A DNA stretch of 55,746 nucleotides from a virus (lineage: Duplodnaviria; Caudoviricetes). Positions within the stretch are counted from its first letter, which is position 1. Every line of letters begins with the position of its first letter. The position numbers and the translations under genes are program-made. A model generated the notes under the pieces. That model was not told the DNA's origin, ran no database searches, and saw only the letters and a program-made list of their open reading frames with translations. Positions 18,508-26,694 of this stretch are shown here, piece after piece. The stretch lies in IMG/VR virus record IMGVR_UViG_3300030108_001317, positions 1-55,746 of that record, one strand, 5' to 3'.

Positions 18508-19829
18508 AAACAGCTAAACAGTTAATGACACAGGCTAGGATAAGGTTGATTGATAAACATCCTTTCTTTGGCAATACAGCTATGAAGCTTAAGTTGATTG
18601 AAGACTCTAGCATTTCGACAATGTGCACAGACGGGAAGGTTATCAAATACAATCCTGAGTTTGTAGAGGATAACATCATGGCTCACAATGTCGGTGTTCT
18701 TGCTCACGAAGTTATGCACGTAACCAACGGGCATCCTCTAAGAAAAGGTAACAGGAATCACAAGCTATTTAACGTGGCTTGTGATTATGCTATCAATCCT
18801 ATTCTTGTAGACGGTGGGTTCATTCTTCCGGACGGTGCATTACTTGATGATGCTTATCACGGCTTGAGTGCTGAAGAGATATACTCTCTTATTCTTGAGC
18901 AGTATGAGCAAGAAGAAGGCGAGTCCGGCGGTGACGGTAGCGGTGAGTCTGACGAGTCCGGTGAGTCCGGTGAGTCCGGTGAGTCCGGTGATTCGGGTGA
19001 TTCGGGTGATTCGGGTGATGATGATTCCGGTGAGTCGGGTGAGTCGGGTGAGTCGGGTGAGTCCGGTGATTCTTTGGATGATTGGATTAATGATAACTAT
19101 GGTAATCAAGCCGGAGAGTTTGAGGAGCAAAAGAACGAGGACGGTTCAAGTCTTAGTGAGTCTGAGGTTAGAGAGCAGTTAGAAGACTTAAAAGTTTCTA
19201 ACGCTCAATCAGAAATGAGGTCAAAGTCGCAAGGCAAAGGCGGTGGCGGTTTTGGTTCTGAGTTGAAGGGTGCGACAGCTAGTGCTGTAGCGTGGGATGA
19301 TGTTCTCTTACCTCTATGTCAAGATGCTTTATCGGACGAGCAGACTTACAACAGACCTAACAGAAGATTTATTGCAGAGGATATGTATATGCCTAGCTAT
19401 GATAAATCAGATATTAAGTGTGCTGTTGTTGGGCTTGATACTTCCGGTTCGGTTGATGACAAGTATCTGAGACTATTCAAAGGTGGGCTTACTAGAATCT
19501 TTGAGGAAGTCGGGTTCGATACAATCTACGTTGTAGATTTTACTGATACGGTTGAGCGAGTCACAGAGTACAAAAGAGGTGACGAGTTTGATATGTCTCA
19601 TAGGTTTTGGGGCGGTACGCATTTCGCTTCTGTTACTGATTGGATAGAGGAGGAGGGTATCAATCCTTCTATGCTTATCTACATGACAGACGGGTTAGGT
19701 CGTGCTCCTATTGAGCCTGACTATCCGGTTGTATGGTGTCTTCCTGAAGCGTACGCAGAGGACGAGCACACGCTTAGATATAGCGGTATAGACCAATATG
19801 GTACTTTGATTCCAATGATAACCGCATAG
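18504..19829 (+). CDS. DUF2201-type metallopeptidase + VWA (MIDAS) protein
   Basis: HPFFG, TMCTDG, HEVMH zinc motif, NVACDYAIN, acidic linker, DTSGS MIDAS, GGT, YMTDG. Confidence 0.85.
   Translation: MKTAKQLMTQARIRLIDKHPFFGNTAMKLKLIEDSSISTMCTDGKVIKYNPEFVEDNIMAHNVGVLAHEVMHVTNGHPLRKGNRNHKLFNVACDYAINPILVDGGFILPDGALLDDAYHGLSAEEIYSLILEQYEQEEGESGGDGSGESDESGESGESGESGDSGDSGDSGDDDSGESGESGESGESGDSLDDWINDNYGNQAGEFEEQKNEDGSSLSESEVREQLEDLKVSNAQSEMRSKSQGKGGGGFGSELKGATASAVAWDDVLLPLCQDALSDEQTYNRPNRRFIAEDMYMPSYDKSDIKCAVVGLDTSGSVDDKYLRLFKGGLTRIFEEVGFDTIYVVDFTDTVERVTEYKRGDEFDMSHRFWGGTHFASVTDWIEEEGINPSMLIYMTDGLGRAPIEPDYPVVWCLPEAYAEDEHTLRYSGIDQYGTLIPMITA
18954..19067 (+). repeat. 9-bp tandem repeat blocks encoding (E/D)SG
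   Basis: GAGTCCGGT x4, GATTCGGGT x3, GAGTCGGGT x3. Confidence 0.9.
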
Positions 19830-19869
19830 GGAATCTAAGTTGGGTTTAGTGCACGTCCTGTGGCATCCA

Positions 19870-19920
19870 TATTTATTTACCTAGTCGTTGCGGATATGTG
19901 ACGAACTAGGTAGATAAATA
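19870..19920 (+). other. Intergenic RNA hairpin, family A copy 1
   Basis: TATTTATTTACCTAGT-CGTTGC..GTGACG-A-ACTAGGTAGATAAATA. Confidence 0.6.
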
Positions 19921-19934
19921 TTGAACGTTCAATA
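19919..19934. promoter_or_regulatory. Palindromic site, copy 3
   Basis: Perfect; extends to the 22-mer AAATATTGAACGTTCAATATTT. Confidence 0.7.
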
Positions 19935-19977
19935 TTTAATTAATGATAGTAGTTGATGAGACTACACAAAAAAAACT

Positions 19978-20595
19978 ATGAATAAAATTGATAAATTAAA
20001 AAACTATATACAAAAGGGTTGTTTGTCCGGTTGGAATTATGACTTTGCAACAAGTGTTGTTTCACAATTCAAAAGCAAGGGTGACTTATCAGAAAAACAA
20101 TGGGCTTGTGTTGATAAGATTATTGCTAGACAAGAGAATCCGGAAGCTAGTAAACCTGACTTTTTAAAGAACTCAAAACAGGTAGGAACTATGGGTAGGG
20201 TTGTATCTTTCCTGAACAGGAAAAAGGGTTTCCCTAAACTATGGTTTAAGCTTCCAAATAACAGCGATATTTGCATTTATAAAGCTACTGAAAGGTCGAA
20301 GTATGCCGGACAGTTTCAGCTAACAGGGGGCGGTTATGGCAGTCCCTATTACGGTAGGATAACTGAGAAGGGTGAATTGTTTGTTTATCCTGACGGTAAA
20401 AAAGTAGAAGATGATTTAACTGATTTACTAATTAGATTAGGTCAAGACCCTTCGGGTGTCGCTTCAGAGTATGGCAAGCTTACCGGTAGATGCAGTTTTT
20501 GTGCAAGAAGGCTAACTGATGCTAGGAGTATATCAGTTGGTTATGGTGCTACTTGTGCTAAGAATTACGACCTTGAGTGGGGCAAGGTTGCATAA
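19978..20595 (+). CDS. DUF6011-like Zn-binding domain protein
   Basis: C-terminal GRCSFCARRLTDARSISVGYGATCA; N-terminal LSEKQW motif. Confidence 0.7.
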   Translation: MNKIDKLKNYIQKGCLSGWNYDFATSVVSQFKSKGDLSEKQWACVDKIIARQENPEASKPDFLKNSKQVGTMGRVVSFLNRKKGFPKLWFKLPNNSDICIYKATERSKYAGQFQLTGGGYGSPYYGRITEKGELFVYPDGKKVEDDLTDLLIRLGQDPSGVASEYGKLTGRCSFCARRLTDARSISVGYGATCAKNYDLEWGKVA

Positions 20596-20841
20596 ATATA
20601 GATGCCCCTAACTCCTAGTGCTTGATGAACAGACAGGCATTTACAAAGCTAAACAATATGGGGGCTAGTATATTGGTATTGTTTAGCATCTGTTTATTTT
20701 TAGGCTATGGGTTACTTTTTTCAGACCCAATTCACAAAGGCTAGTCTTCTTTGAGCCGAAATAGATAGTGTCGGGCGGTGAACTCACAAAACTATAAACC
20801 GTCCGACATGACACTCTATTAACTAATAACAAAGGAAAATT

Positions 20842-21150
20842 ATGAAAAACTTAACTAAAGTTGGTGAAACTTTTAAAGGTGCAAAGGGTACTTATTTAAT
20901 AAACAAAGGTCATATAGACAAGTATGAATTGTATCTTAATGAAGATTACCTACAAAAGAATGATAACGGTGAACTACACTTTACCTTCAAATTCATACAG
21001 GCATTTCAATTTAAAAAAGACCTTCTCAAAAAAATAGAAGAAATAGAAATAGAATATCTTGATTCGGGGGAAAACCTAGCATACTTGCTTAATACCGGTT
21101 TAATTTCTCAAGAAGAATATAAAAGAAGACTAATACAAATTCCAAAATAA
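20842..21150 (+). CDS. Hypothetical protein
   Basis: AAGGA SD, 102 aa. Confidence 0.6.
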   Translation: MKNLTKVGETFKGAKGTYLINKGHIDKYELYLNEDYLQKNDNGELHFTFKFIQAFQFKKDLLKKIEEIEIEYLDSGENLAYLLNTGLISQEEYKRRLIQIPK

Positions 21151-21181
21151 CCTGAAAAAAATCTGGTTAGCAGGACGTTAT

Positions 21182-21223
21182 TACTTAGTCGTTGCAGATA
21201 TATCGTCTGTAACGCACTAAGTA
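21182..21223 (+). other. Intergenic RNA hairpin, family A copy 2
   Basis: TACTTAGT-CGTTGCAGA..TCTGTAACG-C-ACTAAGTA. Confidence 0.6.
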
Positions 21224-21237
21224 TTGAACGTTCAATA
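21222..21237. promoter_or_regulatory. Palindromic site, copy 4
   Basis: TATTGAACGTTCAATA, perfect. Confidence 0.7.
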
Positions 21238-21281
21238 TTTAAAATTAGGGGAAGTATCTTCCCCTATCTTCGAGGAAAACT

Positions 21282-22292
21282 ATGACAGACCAATTAGATA
21301 ATAAATTATTACAAAAGATTATTCATGCTCCGTCCTTATGGGATAACGATTTTCCTAAGTTTCACGATACGTTTTGTATACCAAAAGGCATGATTGATAA
21401 TCAAAAATACCATAATGAAATATCTGATATTAGACACAGTAAGTCTCTACACAATAGATATAGAAAAGAATTGATAAATATATCTGTAGGAGTGCAACAA
21501 TCGGCTAAGTTTAAATTTAATAACAATGTTTGTAAAAGCATAGAAGAAGATGATTTTAAGACTGTTTCTACTTCTATAAATACGTATTTGCCTTTTAAAA
21601 ATGTTTATTTAGAAGTAAGGGATGATGAAGCAAGTTTAACTACATCTTATTTGATAACAGAAGTTACTGAACATATATCAGAAGTAAAAGTACCTAAAAA
21701 GAATTTTTTCGGCAGAACAAAATGGGTTCCTTTAAAAAATACGGACGACACTATATTTGTAGCGGTTAGTTGTTTTTTCGTTGCTGATATAAAACCCGAA
21801 GAAGTTGCGGTTGTTCCGGCTCCTATGATTTTACCTGTGAGTAATACTACAGAACTTCCCACGTACAGTTTTAGTGATGATAGCTTTTTTACTCCGTATT
21901 TTGTAAATGATTCTGACGGATTAAGTGGCATAGCATGGGTAATTGTAAACAACATAAGGTGGCTACAAGTTTTACTAAGCTATCCTAGTCTTGCAAACAC
22001 TAATTCAGTTTCGGGACGGAAGCCTATCCCTTACAACAAGCTAGGTAAATTCAAAGCTTCCTCTATGTATTCATTACCTAAATGGGAACACAAAGTATTA
22101 GAGGTAGATATGTACTCTAATGGCTCAAGTGGTGGCGGTAATGGTTCGGCTAGGGGTAAACGTTTTCATGCTGTTAGAAAGCATTTACGTAGGCTTCCTA
22201 GTGGTAAATCAGTCTTTGTTAAACCTCACTTTAGAGGGGACAAAAAATTAGGTGTTATAGATAAAGATTATTTAATAAAAGGAGATAAATAA
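21282..22292 (+). CDS. Hypothetical protein with basic C-terminal H.VR.H.R motif
   Basis: KRFHAVRKHLRRLPSGKSVFVKPHFRGD is a recurrent phage C-terminal motif. Confidence 0.65.
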   Translation: MTDQLDNKLLQKIIHAPSLWDNDFPKFHDTFCIPKGMIDNQKYHNEISDIRHSKSLHNRYRKELINISVGVQQSAKFKFNNNVCKSIEEDDFKTVSTSINTYLPFKNVYLEVRDDEASLTTSYLITEVTEHISEVKVPKKNFFGRTKWVPLKNTDDTIFVAVSCFFVADIKPEEVAVVPAPMILPVSNTTELPTYSFSDDSFFTPYFVNDSDGLSGIAWVIVNNIRWLQVLLSYPSLANTNSVSGRKPIPYNKLGKFKASSMYSLPKWEHKVLEVDMYSNGSSGGGNGSARGKRFHAVRKHLRRLPSGKSVFVKPHFRGDKKLGVIDKDYLIKGDK

Positions 22293-22493
22293 ATGCTAAA
22301 TTTATTTGTATTAGTGGCAACAGCTATGGGAATTGTTGCATTCGGTGGTTTAGGTTATACCTATACTGTGTACTTACATTTTGAAAATTCACTATTGGAT
22401 TTGTATATCTTGTTTGCTTCCGGTGTCGGTGTCGGTGTTTGTGCTATCGGTTTATGGAACGCTATCATAGACGAATTGATTTATAGGAGATAA
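22293..22493 (+). CDS. Small two-TM membrane protein
   Basis: Two hydrophobic segments; AGGAGA SD. Confidence 0.6.
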   Translation: MLNLFVLVATAMGIVAFGGLGYTYTVYLHFENSLLDLYILFASGVGVGVCAIGLWNAIIDELIYRR

Positions 22494-22495
22494 AT

Positions 22496-22627
22496 ATGGA
22501 TTTGAAAAAAGCTTATAAAGAATGGCAAGAGAATCCGCCTGAAGAGTATGTAAAACCAAAACCTAAAGGGTGGAAGAGAATAATAGAATCAGCGAAAGCT
22601 AGAAAAAAACTTAAGGAGCAGAAGTGA
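22496..22627 (+). CDS. 43-aa hypothetical (not in ORF track)
   Basis: AGGAGA SD; MDLKKAYKEWQENPPEE...; GTGA overlap with the next gene. Confidence 0.55.
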   Translation: MDLKKAYKEWQENPPEEYVKPKPKGWKRIIESAKARKKLKEQK

Positions 22628-22815
22628 ATATAGAAGTTTGTTTTAAAAATTCGTATGGTAGAGATTTATGTTATCCGGTATGCGACAATGCAAGAAACTT
22701 TTGCAAGTTAACCGGCACAAAAACTTTATCTAACTATAACTTAAAAGTGATTAAAGATATGGGTTATGAAATTAAACCCGTTGCTTTTATTCCCTCCAAC
22801 ATGGAGATTGCATAA
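22624..22815 (+). CDS. Small conserved phage protein
   Basis: KNSYG...YPVCDNA..FCKLTGTKTL motif. Confidence 0.65.
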   Translation: MNIEVCFKNSYGRDLCYPVCDNARNFCKLTGTKTLSNYNLKVIKDMGYEIKPVAFIPSNMEIA

Positions 22816-23039
22816 TGCAAGTAGAATACAAAATAACTTTTGAACTCTTAAATTGTGAATACAACTCTCTAACTGAATATCATTTATGTGATGCTCTTTG
22901 TTCACTTATAGACCAAGGTAAAACTCGGAATGAAAGTGATGAAAAGTTTGATGAAGAGGAAAGAGATAGATGCCTTGCTATTGTTAAAAAACATATCGGA
23001 AGGTTTTCAGTAGAAGTAGATAGGGAGGTGAACAATTAG
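22815..23039 (+). CDS. Hypothetical protein
   Basis: GGAGA SD; TAATG coupling. Confidence 0.55.
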   Translation: MQVEYKITFELLNCEYNSLTEYHLCDALCSLIDQGKTRNESDEKFDEEERDRCLAIVKKHIGRFSVEVDREVNN

Positions 23040-23238
23040 TGACTTTACTTTAGAGGGTGGTGATACTTTATATGTGCTCCGTCCTCATACAGAAGATGCT
23101 TACTTATGGCTCAACGCTAACCTAGACATAAATGTATGGGATATAGGTTATGGTGTAAACATAAGTGGAGAATGTATCGTGGAGATACTTTCAGAAATAT
23201 TAAACGACCAATTAAATTTTACAGGAGAAATACATTGA
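23035..23238 (+). CDS. 67-aa hypothetical with apparent ATT start (not in ORF track)
   Basis: GGAGGTG SD then ATT-AGT-GAC...; (M)SDFTLEGGDTLYVLRPHTEDAYLWL...; its stop overlaps the next TTG. Confidence 0.45.
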   Translation: MSDFTLEGGDTLYVLRPHTEDAYLWLNANLDINVWDIGYGVNISGECIVEILSEILNDQLNFTGEIH

Positions 23239-23438
23239 AAGAAGAATATATATCAATCAGATGTTCAAAACCGGTCAAAGACTATTTAACAAATAAAGCA
23301 GACCAACAGGACAGAAGCCTTTCTAGTCAAATAATGAATATGCTTAAGCAGACTGATTCACAGCTTGCAGAATTATTGAAGCCGGTTGTCGTTGCGAAAG
23401 ACCGAAGTAAGTCTGTATCAAGTCAAGACCACGCTTAA
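23235..23438 (+). CDS. Ribbon-helix-helix (Arc-like) DNA-binding protein
   Basis: AGGAG SD + TTG; YISIRCSKPVKDYLTNKADQQDRSLSSQI fits the RHH pattern. Confidence 0.6.
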   Translation: MKEEYISIRCSKPVKDYLTNKADQQDRSLSSQIMNMLKQTDSQLAELLKPVVVAKDRSKSVSSQDHA

Positions 23439-23847
23439 CAGCTTGTAGCTGTTCTTCAGTCTTGACTGTTCTGTTATAGACTACAACATCAAAAACAAAA
23501 TTAGATTGCTCCCCTAACTCTTCATCTAAGAGTTTTGTGATTCTTGATATTTTTAAAGAACGCAAAGCAAAATTAGAAGTCGAGGAAGGGGAGCGATTTT
23601 TTTGTATCACATCCTCATAACTTGTCGGATTTAAAAAGAATCCGCTTTTCACAGCTAAGTCTAGCAAATGTTCGCCGGCGGTATGTTGGTGGTCATTAAT
23701 CAAATCCAAAATGTGTAGCAAGTCAAAAGTAGTTTGATTTCTAACCCTAGACCTTAATAATTTTTCCCCTTCCCCTAATCTTTCTAATCGCATAAGAAAA
23801 TGCTTATGCAAGTAAGGGCTTCCTAAATCTACTAAATCAGATTTCAT
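23344..23847 (-). CDS. Hypothetical protein
   Basis: Follows the primase-helicase; start re-picked at MKSDLVDLG. Confidence 0.6.
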   Translation of the reverse strand: MKSDLVDLGSPYLHKHFLMRLERLGEGEKLLRSRVRNQTTFDLLHILDLINDHQHTAGEHLLDLAVKSGFFLNPTSYEDVIQKNRSPSSTSNFALRSLKISRITKLLDEELGEQSNFVFDVVVYNRTVKTEEQLQAVKRGLDLIQTYFGLSQRQPASIILQAVNQSA

Positions 23848-25639
23848 TGAGCCAACTGTCGTCTTCCTCTTCTTCATCTATTGAATGTTCAATATTTGTT
23901 TGCATAACATCATACATCCCAAAAGTAGAATTTTCTAGGTATCTTCCCGTTTTTTCGTCAAAGCCCAACTTAATCATTCCTTGTTCACCTAGCCATCTAA
24001 ATCTACATTTCCAACTAACTATTGTAACTCCGTCCCCGTCCGCTCTGTCAACGGTCAGTCCGTGGTCAGTCTTTGCGAACCATGAAGCACTACCTGATAT
24101 TTGGTGTCCTGTAGGAATCGGAGTTTGTCCTGAAGAATCGGGGTACATCTTATGCGGGTGAGCACAAAACAGAACGTGAATGTCAGAACTCTTAGCGAAC
24201 AACTGTAACTCTGTAAGCATCTTGCTTATCTGATTAGTTTCGCTTGTTTCACCTTTCGGTAACGAAACAAAATTAAATGGGTCTATCAGTAATCCCCTGA
24301 TGCCTTTGCGTAAACAACTAGACTGTGCCAACTCTATGATTGATGTCATATCTGTTGAAGCACCTCCCATGTGGTCTACAAATACAAAATGTTCGTCTAT
24401 AAATTCTAAAGCTTGTCGTCTTTCATCTTCGCTCATTCTATCTTCGCCTTCAAAAAAACTTTTGCCTACGTACATTTCCGCCATTGTAGCTATCAATATT
24501 TCTACGGGGTTTTCAAAACTACATACGCACCATTTCCAACCTTCGTTGATTGCTGTATTTAACATTAGCTGAGAACAGAACTGTGACTTACCGCTTGAAG
24601 GTATTCCCGTTACTGTCGTTAACATCCCCGTAGACATGGTATAAAGCCTGTCTAACGACTCAAATCCTGTTGATACACCTCTGAACTGTCCTCCTTTGTA
24701 TAAGTCCGTTAATCTTTCATTATAGAAGTTTGCATCATTCAAGCCTGTAATCGGGCAAGCCTTCGCATTCTCTACCAACTCTTTTAATTTTTCACCACCA
24801 TGCTGTTGCAAAACATCATTTGCGTCCTTGCATCCGTCCGGATATTCAACGTTAAATATCTTTGCTTTACCTATTCTTCGTGATAATTCTTCACGCAAAA
24901 CATCACCGGCAGAGTCGTTGTCAACGGCGAGAATAACCTTTTTACAGTTATGCAGAATCTCTTGGGCGTTCCAAAGATAGGCAAACTTTTTATCTTCAGA
25001 CGGGTCTACACGATTGTTAGATACCTTCATGGGTGCTCCGTTTGGCACACTCACAGCGTTGTCCACTCCGGCTTCGGTCATAGCAACCACATCAAATTCA
25101 CCTTCGCAAATAACTATTGAACCTTCAATATTTGCTTTGTCTAAGTTAAAAAAAGTATTAGCAGAACCGTCCTGAGTAAAACTTTTGCCCTCTACACTTC
25201 GCCACTTTACCGCATACACTTCTCCGTCTTTCCTATATGGAAAGCCTATCGCTTGTCCTATGCCTGAACCATTGAAACCTTTAGTCGCACTTGTCACTCC
25301 CAAATCATTACAGACCTCCCAACTCAAACCACGCTTACTAACAAAATCCTTTACAACCTTCGGTGTTTTATTATCAAGCTTTTCTTCCCAATTATCCGGA
25401 ATGACAGGAGGCAATTTATTTTTTGCTGGGAAAATCGTGGGTTCGTTCATGCCAACACTACCTGATATTCCACAATGCCAACAGTTGTATAAATATTTAT
25501 TGTCTTTCAAAGTTACTGACATTGTTCTTTCGGTTTTCTTTTTTCTTGTATGCGAACACTCCGGACATTTAATTCTTGTAGCTTCATCCACAGATACGTT
25601 TGTTTGTCTTACGACATTTTCTAAATTAGTTGAAATCAT
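23837..25639 (-). CDS. DNA primase-helicase (T7 gp4/Twinkle-like)
   Basis: Zn finger CPEC..CWHC, TOPRIM ICEGEFD / VDND / KDANDVL, SF4 Walker A GIPSSGKS, LLIDPFN, AHPHK, ISGSA. Confidence 0.92.
   Translation of the reverse strand: MISTNLENVVRQTNVSVDEATRIKCPECSHTRKKKTERTMSVTLKDNKYLYNCWHCGISGSVGMNEPTIFPAKNKLPPVIPDNWEEKLDNKTPKVVKDFVSKRGLSWEVCNDLGVTSATKGFNGSGIGQAIGFPYRKDGEVYAVKWRSVEGKSFTQDGSANTFFNLDKANIEGSIVICEGEFDVVAMTEAGVDNAVSVPNGAPMKVSNNRVDPSEDKKFAYLWNAQEILHNCKKVILAVDNDSAGDVLREELSRRIGKAKIFNVEYPDGCKDANDVLQQHGGEKLKELVENAKACPITGLNDANFYNERLTDLYKGGQFRGVSTGFESLDRLYTMSTGMLTTVTGIPSSGKSQFCSQLMLNTAINEGWKWCVCSFENPVEILIATMAEMYVGKSFFEGEDRMSEDERRQALEFIDEHFVFVDHMGGASTDMTSIIELAQSSCLRKGIRGLLIDPFNFVSLPKGETSETNQISKMLTELQLFAKSSDIHVLFCAHPHKMYPDSSGQTPIPTGHQISGSASWFAKTDHGLTVDRADGDGVTIVSWKCRFRWLGEQGMIKLGFDEKTGRYLENSTFGMYDVMQTNIEHSIDEEEEDDSWLNEI
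23879..23894. promoter_or_regulatory. Palindromic site, copy 5 (intragenic)
   Basis: TATTGAATGTTCAATA, 1 mismatch. Confidence 0.55.
25115..25130. promoter_or_regulatory. Palindromic site, copy 6 (intragenic)
   Basis: TATTGAACCTTCAATA; flanks identical to copy 1. Confidence 0.55.
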
Positions 25640-25651
25640 TTCTTGCTCTCT

Positions 25652-25710
25652 TACTATATTAATACTATATTTATACTATCTAGTTTATAACTAGCTAGTT
25701 ATATACTAGA
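25652..25710. other. Candidate replication origin
   Basis: TACTAT repeats at 11-bp spacing plus the 32-bp near-perfect palindrome TCTAGTTTATAACTAGCTAGTTATATACTAGA, directly upstream of the primase-helicase. Confidence 0.45.
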
Positions 25711-25721
25711 ACCCACCAACA

Positions 25722-25746
25722 AAAACCCGTTTCCTCAACGGGTTTT
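25722..25746. terminator. Terminator-like hairpin
   Basis: AAAACCCGTT-TCCTC-AACGGGTTTT. Confidence 0.5.
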
Positions 25747-26022
25747 CTTTTGCCAAAAAGAAGCCCTTAGACTTGATATAGTGTCTTCAGCATTCTTTTT
25801 TAATGTAGCACTAGGAGTCGTCACCAATGAAAGCATAGACTCTCTTAGAGTATACACATCCAAACCAATCTCTTCACAAAAATCAGTAAAATCATCTGAA
25901 ACAAACCAATCAATCGCTCTTCTCTGAGTTTTATAATCCACAGAAACAGAATCCCTAATAGCTTGTGTCAACACCGCTAGTTGCAATTCGTGTTCGGCAT
26001 TTGAAATAGTTTCGTTTTTAAT
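25735..26022 (-). CDS. Hypothetical protein, probable ATT start
   Basis: AVLTQAIRD...A..WF..DF..FCE motif; AGGAGAG SD precedes an in-frame ATT at 26022. Confidence 0.55.
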   Translation of the reverse strand: MKNETISNAEHELQLAVLTQAIRDSVSVDYKTQRRAIDWFVSDDFTDFCEEIGLDVYTLRESMLSLVTTPSATLKKNAEDTISSLRASFWQKKTR

Positions 26023-26071
26023 TTTTTGCTCTCCTGAAATAATTATGTCGCTTTATGCGAAAATTATTATG

Positions 26072-26105
26072 TTGACAATATAATCCTATCTGAAATAAAA
26101 TTCAA
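26072..26105. promoter_or_regulatory. Overlapping divergent sigma70-like promoters
   Basis: Plus: TTGACA-18-TAAAAT. Minus: TTGAAT-17-TATATT. Located exactly at a strand switch. Confidence 0.6.
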
Positions 26106-26132
26106 GAATAGATTTTTACGATAACAAAATTA

Positions 26133-26285
26133 ATGGCTAATTTAGTACAAGATGAAGTACCTTACTTGGTATGTTGGGTATGTGGAGAAGACTTTAAAGA
26201 TATAAAAGATATTCACTACTCCTGTAAATCTAGTGCTCAATGGCAAAAAGAAACCTTAGAGGACGAATGGATATATTTAAAATAG
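26133..26285 (+). CDS. 50-aa CxxC microprotein (not in ORF track)
   Basis: MANLVQDEVPYLVCWVCGEDFK...; first ORF after the promoter; weak SD. Confidence 0.4.
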   Translation: MANLVQDEVPYLVCWVCGEDFKDIKDIHYSCKSSAQWQKETLEDEWIYLK

Positions 26286-26530
26286 AAGATGTACCTATGC
26301 CTGAAGAAACTAGGGGAAGACCTAAAGGAAAAATTAGGGCTACTTTAGAAGCTACAGACGTAGGCAAAAGCTTTCTTATACCTAGTAAATTTTTAGACCC
26401 TGATTCATCAAGACAGCAAGTGTATCGCTGTATACAAGCACTTAATAAATCAACGAATGAAGAGAACTTTGCTGTTAAAACTTTTGTTGAAGACAAGGGC
26501 TTGAGAGTTTTCAGAGTGGAGGCTTGTTAG
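26267..26530 (+). CDS. Small putative DNA-binding protein
   Basis: FKIEDVPMP...RGRPK...VGKSFLIP...GLRVFRV; GAGG SD before ATG 26267. Confidence 0.55.
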   Translation: MDIFKIEDVPMPEETRGRPKGKIRATLEATDVGKSFLIPSKFLDPDSSRQQVYRCIQALNKSTNEENFAVKTFVEDKGLRVFRVEAC

Positions 26531-26532
26531 AA

Positions 26533-26694
26533 ATGGCACAAGACATAAATAAGCTTATCGAAGAAGCTGATGCTAATTGTCAAGAAATGATAAGACTACT
26601 CAAGGAATGCGTAGAGATTTTAGACCGCATGGAAAAAATGGTAGATGAAGCAGTAGACGAGGTATTAGGTAAACAGAAAAAGGAGAACAAGTGA
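26533..26694 (+). CDS. 53-aa coiled-coil hypothetical (not in ORF track)
   Basis: GGAGG SD; GTGA overlap with the exonuclease gene. Confidence 0.55.
   Translation: MAQDINKLIEEADANCQEMIRLLKECVEILDRMEKMVDEAVDEVLGKQKKENK

Noticed and set aside
18921-19070. Collagen triple-helix domain
   Set aside because: Gly periodicity arises from Pro-free acidic 9-bp repeats in an enzyme linker.
20604-20670. Twister ribozyme resemblance (GCCCCUAACUCC...GGGGGC)
   Set aside because: I could not build both pseudoknots or the conserved core.
23136-23234. N-terminal extension of the RHH gene
   Set aside because: The SD sits before TTG 23235, and the extension overlaps another plausible ORF.
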